Positions 33,801 to 44,509 of a stretch of DNA of 64,000 bases are shown here, in pieces. Both the position numbers and the translations under genes were made by a program. Origin of the DNA: a virus. How positions within the stretch are numbered: the first letter of the stretch is position 1; each line of letters starts with the position of its first letter. The DNA lies in IMG/VR virus record IMGVR_UViG_3300050343_000190, positions 1-64,000 of that record; one strand, written 5' to 3'. Under the pieces are notes generated by a model. The model saw nothing but the letters and a program-made list of their open reading frames with translations, did not search any database and had not been told where the DNA came from.

Positions 33801-35976
33801 CTTTGGTGATGGAAGTCCTGCTATTGGTAATAGCGAAACTTACTCTTGTAGTGATGTTCAAGCATCTATCGATACACTTGTAAGCATTTCTACAGAAGCA
33901 TTTGGTGTTGCTAACTTAAATGTTGTTAATGGTCTTACTATTAACTATGGTAACTTCCCTGCTGGTGAGTTTAAGTGTAGAAGAGATATTGCATATGTTG
34001 TTGATTCTATCATAGATGATTTAAGAACAGATGGCAATAAGAACATTAGAGAGACAACTAGAAAGTACTTTGATGCTACTGGGGCACCTATTAGTGGTGG
34101 ATTGATTGGAGAAGAATCTGAATCTGTAACAGGATTTACATCTATTGGAGAATATGCAAAACTTGCTATCAACAATCTCCTCAATTACAAAGATTACACA
34201 ATTACCGCAGATCCAGCTGTAGGAATTAATTCCTCTCCTTCTGGTTGTGCCGACATTCGTGCTTCTATTGATAGTCTTGTCGGTATCATAACCACTCATG
34301 TTGGTGCAGGAAATCTAAACAACTTCCCAACACTTTCTATCGCAAGTTCTATTACAGTTAATACTGGTATTTCAACATTAGATCATACTTACGTTGGTGG
34401 TGGTAGTGCTTTCGTTGGAATCACAACAACCGTATTCCCAGATGGAACATTTGGAAATATCTTTAACGTTGATACGATCGTTGGACCCACAACGTTTACT
34501 ACAAACTTTGGACCTAGTGATATTTCTCACACATATGCTACAAATACTGGTAACATCCTGAAGTTCCAACCATTTACTAAGAACTCTGGTTATGCTGGCG
34601 GACAAATCAAAGATGAGTCTATTCAATATGATCCTAGAGTTAATAGTAACACAAGCCCTGCTGGATGTAAGAACGTTCAGAGTGCTATCGATACTGTTAT
34701 TGGTATTGTTACCTCTATTGTTGGTGGTGGAATTACTGCAATTCAAGGTCCTGTAAATCCAACTGGTATTACCACAAGATTTGAAGGATTTGATGGTGTA
34801 GGTTACAACCCAGCAGAAGGTGAGGATGCCGATCTAAACTTTAGTCCTGGATGTGGACAGATCTTCAAAGGTCCATATGTAAGAAACTGTACAAACTTTA
34901 TCTTTGATAGCATCGGTCTGAAGATCGATGGATTTGCTGCAGAACCTGGAGATGAGGATGAAATTGGTGTTCAGGGTTCCATGTCGGTTGACTCTTACAC
35001 GCAGTACAACCAGAGAGGAATTGGTGTATCGATTACAAACGGATCTTATGCTCAGTTGGTGTCTATCTTCACAATTTGCTGCGACGAAGCAATCGTAACA
35101 TCAAGTGGTGGTCAGTGTGACTTGACTAACTCTAACTCTTCCTTCGGAAGAATTGGTCTTATCTCTAATGGAATTAGTGATGCTACAACTAAGTCTATCT
35201 ACAGACAGACAGGAAAGGTTGTTAATGCTGCATCCGCTAATGATATTACATTAGAAGTAAGTGGTCTTGGAACACAAAGACCTTATGATGGTCAGGTGTA
35301 TTATATCGATCAACTTTACTATTCATTAGCAGAAATTTCAATCACTAATGGTGGATCTGGATATAACATTCCAAACGATGCAATCGTTACAATTGAGTCT
35401 CCAACAGGACCAAATGGAATTTCTGCACAGGCAATTCCTACAGTTGAAAATGGAGCAGTAACAGCAGTTACTCTTATTAACACTGGTACTCAATATGAGA
35501 CAAGAACACCAAATGTAAGCATTGCAGCGCCTCCTGGAGGTGGTACACAAGCAACTGCGGAAGTAAGTAAGAGTGATCCTTTATATTATAAAGTTGGTGC
35601 TGCAACCTTCCCAAGAGCAGGTATTTCAACTATCACTGCTGTTGCTGGGTTAAATAATGATGTAGGTGCTGGAGCTACTGTTTATCTAAGTCGCCAGAGT
35701 TTACAAATTACATCTTCTCACTCGTTTGAATATGTTGGTGCAGGTAATGATATCTTCACCGCAAGGCCTGGTGTTGGTGGTGTAACCATCCAAGAAAACG
35801 AGGTTGTTAAAGAAGAAGGTGGTGAAGTTATTTTCACATCTACTGACCAGGCAGGTAACTTTAGAATTGGTGATGGTGTTACCATCAACCAAGCAACTGG
35901 AACGATTACAGGTAGAACATACCTTAAATCTCTATTCAACAACGTAACACCATTCATTCTAGCACTAGGAGATTAA
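30898..35976 (+). CDS. 1692-aa tailspike-like protein: pectin-lyase-type beta-helix frame with a large insert of phycobiliprotein-like helical domains and small beta domains
   Basis: N-terminal IRLKRSTVAGKIP..LALGE. Beta-helix cap IFVCKEGNDDNTG..AKLTIKKA..VKVYPGVYVE. The helix resumes at GPYVRNCTNF..YTQYNQRGIGVSITNGSYAQLVS. Ends STDQAGNFRIG. Confidence 0.75.
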   Translation: MSDPQIRLKRSTVAGKIPTTSQLALGEIAAVNAFDGEIFLKQDTAGVGIATRVIRVGAGGSLGKTIFVCKEGNDDNTGLNEKDAKLTIKKAAAEIAEIFDTVKVYPGVYVENNPILLDKNVSVEGLELRNCIVSPGNADKDLFHVNDGCHLTDLGFTGSMDAGSAAVAFRPLESVASDRYFDAARLIRVNSDFIAREAVGFLTSGYSGYAGGHLEQDGANALEANLDYIAQEAVGYITSTDYKNPAFVVTDVGGAADDPQNCRDDIKDILKSVAYDLKSTGNLQSVGAALSYFTGGALAHVTGTDTNGYSIADATVAAIDRAAGISTYVINQRPWASVGAGGTTNVTGFTYDKLTGIATVTSVGHGVTTGDIVELEGIEFTCPGGSGVTTSIFPDGSNGEYFTVTEYVGVNTFKTNVGISSISHAYDTGGTVEKYVNYSTNKTQAIDPTRRNKRILYDNSNNKIVVGTGWCTGVGNSISYLTGITSSAIGAGSSSGVVGIITGINLDTFRCSRDVRDILKAVCYDITRGGSTKVVAAGKTYFDESLAQIGISSFAAATLSKSPFDEVTQTIRAVDYAQDIIRCVINNTTWGGVSIGYTTPISDIDWDTNTGLATVTTRFNHDLSKDDGIEVTGLGFTCLPGSPGDETTILTATYDSVTGITTFETSTNHELKSGNGIIVTSTTGSDFNNLIVDDSMSSTTFTARVGNGLAASAGLTGTIKVQRYYTPEVGINSAVYDRITGFTTIGFTDSGSSSSDNDPAYIDNDGKVRLENLVFQCDSGGGLSTQYFPSGALGFDFPVEKVGGDRYQDSANLIAGNKLEITDKALANIAILHPDFFYPGDNQITTTSRYKDAYRLIQQNKGEIVGAAYTNAQVTYPSIDSTKFRRNLNYLVDAVSTDIFTGGNNYTVSVTNKYFDNGGSLIGEGDDSIAGVTEETIIAFNEAKSLMKQAIANQLSTKDTTVSGGSSYFGDGSPAIGNSETYSCSDVQASIDTLVSISTEAFGVANLNVVNGLTINYGNFPAGEFKCRRDIAYVVDSIIDDLRTDGNKNIRETTRKYFDATGAPISGGLIGEESESVTGFTSIGEYAKLAINNLLNYKDYTITADPAVGINSSPSGCADIRASIDSLVGIITTHVGAGNLNNFPTLSIASSITVNTGISTLDHTYVGGGSAFVGITTTVFPDGTFGNIFNVDTIVGPTTFTTNFGPSDISHTYATNTGNILKFQPFTKNSGYAGGQIKDESIQYDPRVNSNTSPAGCKNVQSAIDTVIGIVTSIVGGGITAIQGPVNPTGITTRFEGFDGVGYNPAEGEDADLNFSPGCGQIFKGPYVRNCTNFIFDSIGLKIDGFAAEPGDEDEIGVQGSMSVDSYTQYNQRGIGVSITNGSYAQLVSIFTICCDEAIVTSSGGQCDLTNSNSSFGRIGLISNGISDATTKSIYRQTGKVVNAASANDITLEVSGLGTQRPYDGQVYYIDQLYYSLAEISITNGGSGYNIPNDAIVTIESPTGPNGISAQAIPTVENGAVTAVTLINTGTQYETRTPNVSIAAPPGGGTQATAEVSKSDPLYYKVGAATFPRAGISTITAVAGLNNDVGAGATVYLSRQSLQITSSHSFEYVGAGNDIFTARPGVGGVTIQENEVVKEEGGEVIFTSTDQAGNFRIGDGVTINQATGTITGRTYLKSLFNNVTPFILALGD

Positions 35977-35980
35977 TTAA

Positions 35981-36326
35981 ATGGGCTGCTCAAATTGCGA
36001 TTAATAATTTTAGAACAATTACTAATACGCCCACAGTATCAGATGTTCAAATTTACACAGCACCAACAGGATATACCTCAGTATTCCTATTGGCTCAAGC
36101 AATCAATACTGGAACAGTAACTAGAAGAATTACTTTTAGTTACTATGATAGTACCGACACAACTACAACACCTATCGTCAATTCATTTCCTGTCCCCGCA
36201 GGAGATACGGTCAATCTTCTCCCTGGAAAATTAGTTCTAGAAACTGGAGATAAGATTGCTGTTTCTGTAGATGCAGGAACAGATATGAAATTTCTTTCAT
36301 CAATCCTGGAAACCTCTAACTTCTAA
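35981..36326 (+). CDS. Small spike-associated hypothetical protein (5' indel)
   Basis: IYTAPTGYTSVFLLAQAIN...GKLVLETGDKI...LSSILETSN, directly after the spike gene. Confidence 0.65.
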
Positions 36327-36334
36327 TTTATAAA

Positions 36335-38527
36335 ATGGCTTAATTACGGTAAATTCCTATCTGGAAGAGAAAGATCTTTTGGAATCGGCATCACTGATTA
36401 CAGTGAGAATAGTAGAGTATTGGACGTTATTGGTAACGTTTCAATTGGTGGTAGTATCGGCATCGGATCAGATCATGGTACAGATAGAAACAATGATACT
36501 CCCACTGCTGATGTAGATACTGGAAACATCAGGATTCATAAAGAATTATTTTCTTATGATGGAACGATGGGTGATAACAATACCATCTTAACATCTTTAG
36601 GTGGAACTTCTGTAACTTGGAAAACTCTTGAAGGTATTCAAGATCTTGGTATCACTATCAGAGATGAAGGTGTTCAGGTAGGTTCTAGTAATAGTATACG
36701 AGATATAAATTTTGTTGGTAATTTAATAAGCGCAGTTGCTTCTGGTGCTGCTGCTACTATTACGGTTACTGATGTTGCTCCTGGTGGTTCTGATGGACAA
36801 ATTCAATATAATGATGGAGGAATATTTGGTGGATCTGCAGATCTTATTTTCAATGATTCTACAGGTAGAATAGGAATCGCTTCTGCTACTCCTGATCGTA
36901 AGTTAAGCGTTGTTGGTGATGTTGGTGTTGCTGGATCTGGATTCTTTAATAGAGCATATGCTAGTGTAGATACACTAACACCCCTGTTAGACCAGGAACT
37001 TGCCACAAAAGCCTATGTGGACAACTTTGCAACTGCTGGTCTTGTGGTTCAGAAAGCTGTATCTGTAGCAACGACAGAAGCACTTGTAGCATATTATGAT
37101 AACGTAGATACATCACCTAATGGTGTCGGTGGTATCTTATTTGCACAAGTAAATCAAAATATTACTACAGCAGGTGTTGGTGGAACGGGTCTTATTGATA
37201 GATTCTTAGATTTAACAGTTTCTGATCGTGTTCTTGTAAAAGATCAAGGTAAACTTGGAGTAGGAAATACATTTGAAAATGGATATTATACCGTTACTAG
37301 AGTAGGAAGTGGATCAACATCATGGCAGTTAACTCGTTCTGTTGACTTTGACCAACAAAGTGAAATTGCATCAGGTGCGTTCTCGTTCGTTCTGAACGGT
37401 GAGGAGAATGCTGGTGGTGGTTTCGTGTTGATCACTAAAGAACCAGTTTCTATTGGTGTTAGCGCACTGGAATTTACCCAGTTCTCTAGTCCTGGTGAAC
37501 TACAGGCTGGTAAAGGTTTGTTGAAAACTGGTAACAGATTTGATGTTATAACTTTAGATGCTAGTGCGATTGTTGTTAATGATGATGATATTAATCTCGC
37601 TCAGGTAACAACAACTTATGATGATAGAACTGATAGAGATGATAGATTTATTACTGATGTACAAATTGATGAATACGGTAGAGTAACTGGTATCGTTACT
37701 ACAAATACGGTTTCTCTAGCATCTTCAACTCCAACTACTTATGGTGTTGCTTCTTTCTTCGGAGAGCATTTTGAGATAGATTTCAACTCCACTTCAGGTC
37801 ATGTTGGTCTTGCAAGTAACTTCACTGGTCCAGTTATGGCCATTGATGGGACGGCGCTAATCAGGTTGCAGTTACTAGAAATGAAGGAAGAGTTATCGTT
37901 GGTCTCCCAGCAGCTATAACTGTTTCTGGTAATGTAACTAGTACTAGTGGACAATTTATAGGAGATGGTTCTCAATTAACAGGAATTATTTCTGGTGTTG
38001 AAGTTCAAAAAGATGATGTACAATCAGTTGCAGCAGCAACAGTACTAAATTTTGAAGGAACTGCAATTACTAGTATCGTTTCTGAATCTGCTGGATCTAA
38101 AGCAACTGTTACTATTGATGCTGTAGATATTAATGCTATTGGTTCTGCAAACCAAGTGTTATTTAAGAATGGTTCTAACGTTGCAACAACATCGGCAAAC
38201 TTACAATTTAATGGAACTAACTTAACTTGTGCTGGTACAGTTACTGCAAACTCTGACGAAAGACTTAAGAAGAATATTGAAACTATCAGTGATGCACTTC
38301 CTAAAGTAACAAGTCTACGTGGTGTTGAATATGATCATAAAAACACTGGAGACCATTGCTTAGGTTTGATTGCACAAGAAGTTGAGAAGATTGTGCCAGA
38401 TGTTGTCTACGAAGACGTTGAGGGTATTAAGTCTATTGCATATCAAAATATGGTTGCTCTTTTGGTTGAAGCCGTTAAAGATCAGCAGAAACAGATTGAC
38501 GAACTAAAGTCTCTACTAAATAACTAA
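36335..38527 (+). CDS. Tail fibre protein with C-terminal peptidase S74 chaperone (indels near 36340 and 37855)
   Basis: ATKAYVD, DRVLVKDQ..ENGYY fibre domain, PGGSDGQIQYND, and C-terminal NSDERLKKNIETISDAL..GLIAQEVEKIVP..YQNMVALLVEAVK. Confidence 0.85.
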
Positions 38528-38544
38528 AAAGAGTCTTTTCAATA

Positions 38545-39147
38545 ATGTCTAATATTGATGAAGCAACAAGAATACCTTCAAAGGTCGGCAACCTTATGAT
38601 GGTTGTTGTGACTTGGAAAGGAAGAACATATGTTTTAAAAATGTTCTTCCCTCAAGCAAAACTTCCTTCAAGAAAAGAAGTTGAAGCACAAATGCAAGGA
38701 ATTTATCCTGGATCTAAAGTAAAATATACATCTGTTTCTGAGAAAGAACCTGGTGAAACCTTCTTATATGCAGAAGAGATTGAGATTGAAGAGAAAGCAA
38801 AGGATTGTTGGGACACCCACAAGAAAGTGGGTATGAAAATGAAAGGTGGTAAATTAGTAAATGATTGCCGTCCAAAGAATGAAGAAACGGAAGTTTCGGA
38901 AGGTGCTGCATGGACTAAGAAGTCTGGTAAAAATAAAGAAGGTGGTCTCAATGAAAAAGGACGTAAGTCTTATGAAGCAGAAAATCCTGGTAGTGATCTG
39001 AAAGCACCATCTAAAAAGAAAGGTAATAAAAGAAGAGCATCATTCTGTGCAAGAATGAAAGGTATGAAGAAGAAATTAACCTCTGCTAAAACTGCTAGAG
39101 ATCCCGATAGCAGAATTAATAAAAGTTTGAGAGCTTGGAATTGTTGA
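38545..39147 (+). CDS. Basic modular protein, putative internal head protein
   Basis: GAAWTKKSGKNKEGGLNEKGRKSY...RRASFCARMKGM...SRINKSLRAWNC. Modules are separated by Glu-rich linkers; a late promoter lies upstream. Confidence 0.65.
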   Translation: MSNIDEATRIPSKVGNLMMVVVTWKGRTYVLKMFFPQAKLPSRKEVEAQMQGIYPGSKVKYTSVSEKEPGETFLYAEEIEIEEKAKDCWDTHKKVGMKMKGGKLVNDCRPKNEETEVSEGAAWTKKSGKNKEGGLNEKGRKSYEAENPGSDLKAPSKKKGNKRRASFCARMKGMKKKLTSAKTARDPDSRINKSLRAWNC

Positions 39148-39154
39148 TTGATTT

Positions 39155-40807
39155 ATGAGTGAAATTTATCTTGGTAATCCAAATCTAAAAAAAGCAAATA
39201 CTAAAATAGAATTTACAGAGGAACAAATTCTTGAGTTCCTCAAATGTAAAGAAGATCCAGTATATTTTGCTAAAAATTATGTGCAAATTGTCTCTCTTGA
39301 TAAGGGTCTAGTTCCTTTTGAGATGTATCCATTTCAGGAAAAACTGGTAAACAATTTTCATGAAAACAGATTCAATATTTGTAAGATGCCTCGTCAGACT
39401 GGTAAGTCTACGACTGTGGTATCTTATCTTCTTCACTACGCAGTCTTTAACGATAGTGTTAATATTGGTATCCTTGCTAACAAGGCAGCAACCGCCAGGG
39501 AACTGTTAGGTAGATTACAAACTGCATATGAAAACCTGCCCAAGTGGATGCAACAGGGTATAATAGCATGGAATAAAGGATCTTTGGAGTTAGAAAATGG
39601 GAGTAAAATACTGGCAGCTCTTCTACGTCTGCAAGTGCTGTCCGAGGTATGTCTTTTAACATCCTCTTTCTCGATGAGTTCGCATTTGTCCCAAATCACA
39701 TTGCTGACTCGTTCTTTGCCTCTGTTTATCCTACTATTACTTCTGGTAAAAGTACCAAAGTAATTATCGTGTCTACACCACATGGTATGAATCATTTCTA
39801 CCGAATGTGGCATGATGCAGAAAGAAGTAAAAATGATTACATTCCCACAGACGTTCATTGGTCGGAAGTTCCTGGACGTGATGCAAAGTGGAAACAACAA
39901 ACTATTGCTAACACATCAGAGCAGCAGTTCAAGGTTGAGTTTGAATGTGAGTTTTTAGGATCTATCGATACATTGATAGCTCCGAGTAAATTGCGATCAA
40001 TGGCTTTATGATACTCCTCTAAGGCAAAGTGCAGGATTGGATATTTACGAACTACCAAAAGAAGGGCATGATTATATTGTTACAGTAGACGTTGCTAGAG
40101 GTGTTAGTGAAGATTACTCAGCATTTGTGGTTGTAGATATTACAGAGTTTCCCCATAAGATAGTTTCAAAATATAAGAATAATACAATCAAACCTATGTT
40201 GTTTCCAAATATAATATGGGAAATAGCAAGAAATTATAATCAAGCATATATTTTATGTGAGGTAAATGATATTGGCGATCAAGTAGCATCATTACTTCAC
40301 TATGATCTTGAGTATCAAAACGTTCTTATGTGTTCAATGAGAGGACGTGCTGGACAAATTGTTGGTCAAGGATTCAGTGGAAAGAAGACTCAATTGGGAG
40401 TCAAAATGTCTAAGACTGTTAAGAAAGTAGGGTCTCTCAATCTTAAAGCATTAATCGAAGAGGATAAATTAATATTTAATGACTATGATATCATATCAGA
40501 ATTAACTACATTTATTTCAAAGCACAATTCTTTTGAAGCAGAAGAGGGTTGTAATGATGACCTTGCGATGTGTCTTGTGATTTATGCATGGTTGGTTCTT
40601 CAAGATTACTTTAAAGAACTAACCGATCAAGATGTTAGAAAGAGAATTTATGAAGAACAGAAAAATCAAATAGAACAGGATATGGCTCCTTTTGGATTTA
40701 TTGATGATGGATTAGATAACTCCACTTTTATAGATGCTGAAGGAGATAGATGGTCTAATGCGACTAGTGAATATGGTGATATGTCGTATATGTGGGATTA
40801 TCAGTGA
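39155..40807 (+). CDS. gp17: Terminase large subunit gp17 (frameshifts near 39620 and 40005)
   Basis: YLGNPNLKKAN, Walker A PRQTGKST, Walker B LFLDEFAFV, and nuclease motifs VDVARG and NDDLAMC. Confidence 0.96.
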
Positions 40808-41049
40808 TTAGATTGTTAAAATTATTGAGTAATGTAGTTGATCCTAATTGGTGGGCGGAAGTAGTTGGTAAAAAATTTGGTTTATATGATTGGGCTAGCA
40901 AACCAAATAAATTTAAAGAATGGAAATTAAAACAACCATTATGGAAACAACTTTTCATTGAAGTCTTGATGCTTACGCTTTTAGCGTTAGCATTTGAACC
41001 AGTATTAAATATGTTAGGATATTCGATGCTCCCTTGGAGATGGTTCTAA
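40804..41049 (+). CDS. Small membrane-associated hypothetical protein
   Basis: Trp-rich ORF with hydrophobic segment LFIEVLMLTLLALAF, overlapping both neighbours. Confidence 0.55.
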   Translation: MIRLLKLLSNVVDPNWWAEVVGKKFGLYDWASKPNKFKEWKLKQPLWKQLFIEVLMLTLLALAFEPVLNMLGYSMLPWRWF

Positions 41050-41279
41050 TGGATTTAGATAGTCAAATAAAACTTGGTCATCTTTTATTAACAGACAGAA
41101 AGTGTAGAATTTGCGATAAGACTAAGAATCTAATAGAAGACTTTTATAGAACAAGAAAGGACAGAGGAGCAGTTCCATCCTCATGGTCATATGAATGTAA
41201 AGACTGTACTATAAAGAGAATTGTTGAAAGTAGAAAAAAACAAACGCCATTTGTTGATTGGTTATATCCAGACTGGTAG
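41049..41279 (+). CDS. Small Zn-finger protein
   Basis: CRIC...FY...YECKDC (two CxxC motifs), ending YPDW. Confidence 0.7.
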   Translation: MDLDSQIKLGHLLLTDRKCRICDKTKNLIEDFYRTRKDRGAVPSSWSYECKDCTIKRIVESRKKQTPFVDWLYPDW

Positions 41280-41358
41280 TTCACGCGGCATTTCCCCACT
41301 GAAAATGCAACTTTTAATAAATATTTCAAGTTAACTGAAACCCTTACAGGAGAAAAAC

Positions 41359-43819
41359 ATGGCGACTCCTCAATTATCTCCTGGTGTATTAACCAGGGAA
41401 GTGGACCTAACGGTAGGAAGAGCTGAGAATGTTTTAGATAATATTGGCGCTATCGCAGGACCCTTCCCTATTGGTCCCGTGGAAGATCCAACTGATGTGG
41501 CCACCGAGCAAGAACTCATCACAGAGTTCGGCAAACCAAGTAATAATAACAACCAGTATGAGTACTGGCTTGCAGCATCATCTTTCCTTTCATACGGCGG
41601 CGTACTGAAAGTTGTAAGAACTGATGGCGATAACCTGAAGAACGCATACCGAGGATTTGGTGCTTCAGGTTCTGCACCAAAAGTAAAAAATTACGAAGAC
41701 TATCAAGATAACCAGTCTGCAGATTCTGTAGATTGGGCATTCGCTGCCAAGAACCCAGGAGAATGGGCAAATGGTATTAAAGTCTGCGTTATCGACGATT
41801 TAGCAGACCAAAGACTAACTGTTAATAATGCTAACCTAGATGGTTTTAGCGTTGGAACAGGTATTACTTACACCCTATCAGGTGTAACAGTTCCAAATGC
41901 TTCTAATGGTACTACCTCTACATTTGATGGTTTCTTAAAAGGTATCATTACAGGTAAAGATGAATCAAATAAAACCATTGATGTAAAAATTACATCAAGA
42001 GTTTCCGTTGGTTCTACAGCAAGCGTAGTTGCAAGATCTCAGACAACAGTTGGTATTCATACTGTTGCAGATTCAGTTATTACTGTTGGATCTACTGCTG
42101 GTATATCTACATCTTCTGCTCTCACCGCAGAATTTGGAGATGGAACAGGATTCTTTAGTGTAGTCAGTGTTCTTTCTGGTAACAGAGTAACATTGGGAAG
42201 CACAATTGGTAGTAGTGTTGCTGCAGGCGTTGCAGTTACATTCTCTAATCTGATTTCTAATGCAGGTTCGATCACTGCTATTAACTATGCAGAAGGAGTA
42301 ACAGGATCTGCATTCCCATCTAGTGGAGTAATTTACTCACATTCAAGTGATGGTACATCGTCCGTTCCTTTCAGCATCACAAATGCAGTTGATTGGTATG
42401 ATCAACAGACACTTGGATTAACAAATTCCACAGTTTTCTGGAAGAACATCGCACCAAAAGCCAGTTACAAGTAGACATTCTACTGAAAGATCTGGTAAAG
42501 GAGATGCTCTCCACATTGCTGTCTATGATGATGAAGGAAAAGTAACAGGAATTCAAGGAAATCTTCTTGAGAAGCATACTTTCCTCTCTAAGGCTACAGA
42601 TACAATTTCTGCAGTCAATTCTCCCCTGAAGGTATTCTATAAGGATTATCTCGCAGATAGATCCGAATACATTTTTGCAGGAGCAAATCTCGGTGATGAG
42701 AATGATTCCTTTAACGGAACAACAATTACTGCTATTGATTTCCAAACAAATACAACAGGAACTGCTTCAGCAAATACAACTGCACAATGGTCTGGAATCT
42801 CTACAGGATCTGGTTCTTGGAACACATTAGCACAAGGAATTTCCTTTAATGCTATTGGTGCTGCAACTTATGATCTTACAGGTGGTCAAGATTATGGTGC
42901 ATCACAAGGAATGCAAGCAACTCTTAGTGATGTAATTTCTGGATATTCTTTACTAACAAATAAAGATGAAGTAGAGGTTGACTTTGTACTTGGCGGTCCT
43001 GGACTTGCACAAGAAGATGAGTCTAGAGCAAAAGCAAACTATCTGATTTCCCTGGTTAACCAGAGAAAGGATTGCATGGCAACAATTTCTCCTCATAAAG
43101 CAAATGTTGTTGATGTTGCAAATTCTGATACTGCAACAGATAATGTTATCGCATTCTATTCGTCACTAACATCTTCATCGTATGCTGTATTCGATACTGG
43201 ATACAAGTACATGTATGATAGATTTAATGATAAGTTCCGTTATGTTCCAACCAACGGAGACGTTGGTGGTTTGATGGTAAGAACTAATCTTATCGCTTAT
43301 CCATGGTTCTCCCCCGCTGGTCTTCAGAGAGGACAACTTAATAATGCAATCAAACTTGCATTTAATCCATCCAAGGCTCAAAGAGATAGACTCTATCCAA
43401 GAAGAATTAACTCCATTGTTAATCAGTCTGGTTCAGGAATTCTGTTGTTCGGTGATAAGACCGCACTTGCTGTTTCTTCCGCATTCGATCGTATCAATGT
43501 TCGTCGTCTCTTCCTCACAGTTGAGCAAGCACTGCAAAAAGCAGCAGAGTCACAACTCTTTGAACTTAATGATCAGATCACAAGAGCAAACTTTGTTAAT
43601 ATCGTAGAACCTTATCTCCGCGATATTCAAGCAAAGAGAGGTATTTATGATTATCTGGTTATTTGTGATAAAACAAATAACACTCCAGATGTCATTGATA
43701 ATAATGAGTTTAGAGCAGACATCTTCCTGAAGCCTGCTAAATCAATCAACTTCGTTACACTTACTTTCGTTGCTACGAGAACAGGTGTAAGTTTTGAAGA
43801 AGTTGCTGGTAGAGTTTAA
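41359..43819 (+). CDS. gp18: Tail sheath protein gp18 (frameshift near 42460)
   Basis: LSPGVLTREVDLT, PWFSPAG..RG, FGDKT..SAFDRINVRRLF, KPAKSINFVTLTFVATRTG. Confidence 0.96.
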
Positions 43820-43848
43820 TTTATTATAAAAAATAGGAGGAACCCCAA

Positions 43849-44478
43849 ATGTCTACTTTACGCACAATTACTGACTTCAAAACCGCCCTTCAGGGCGGCG
43901 GCGCTAGAGCTAATTTATTTGAAGTCGATATTCCAACAATTCCAGCAGTAGCAACTCAAGGTATTGATTGGGATGCAGAAAACTTCCAGTTCCTGTGTAA
44001 GGCTGCGGCACTTCCCGCATCCAACGTTGCACCTATCGATGTTCCCTTCAGAGGTCGTACTCTGAAGGTTGCTGGAGATAGAACTATTGAAAACTGGACT
44101 GTAACCGTCATTAACGATGAAGACTTCAAATTAGAAATGCGATGGAAGCATGGATGAATGCAATTGCCAAACTCAGTAATAACACTGGTGCGGTACAAAC
44201 CCCTCTTCCTACATGACAAGATGCTTTGTTTATCAACTTGGAAGAGGTTGCTCATCAAGGTAGATTTAGTCAAACAAATTCTGCGTACTATCGATGGAGG
44301 TTCTGGAGTTAACTCCTTTAGAAACATATCAAATTCTTGATATTTTCCCAGTTTCTGTTTCTCAATTGATCTTTCTTACGATTCGGCAGATACGATTGAA
44401 GAGTTTACTGTAGAATTTGCAGTTCAATCTTTTGAATCTCAGGCTCTGGTGGACGCAACTGGCGTTGCTCTGAACTAA
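43849..44478 (+). CDS. gp19: Tail tube protein gp19 (frameshifted)
   Basis: GGGARANLFEV, FLCKAAALPAS, VPFRGRTLKVAGDRT..WTVTVINDEDF, later DTIEEFTVEF. Confidence 0.93.
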
Positions 44479-44509
44479 TAAATAGAAGAGATAAAGTTCC
44501 AATATAATA

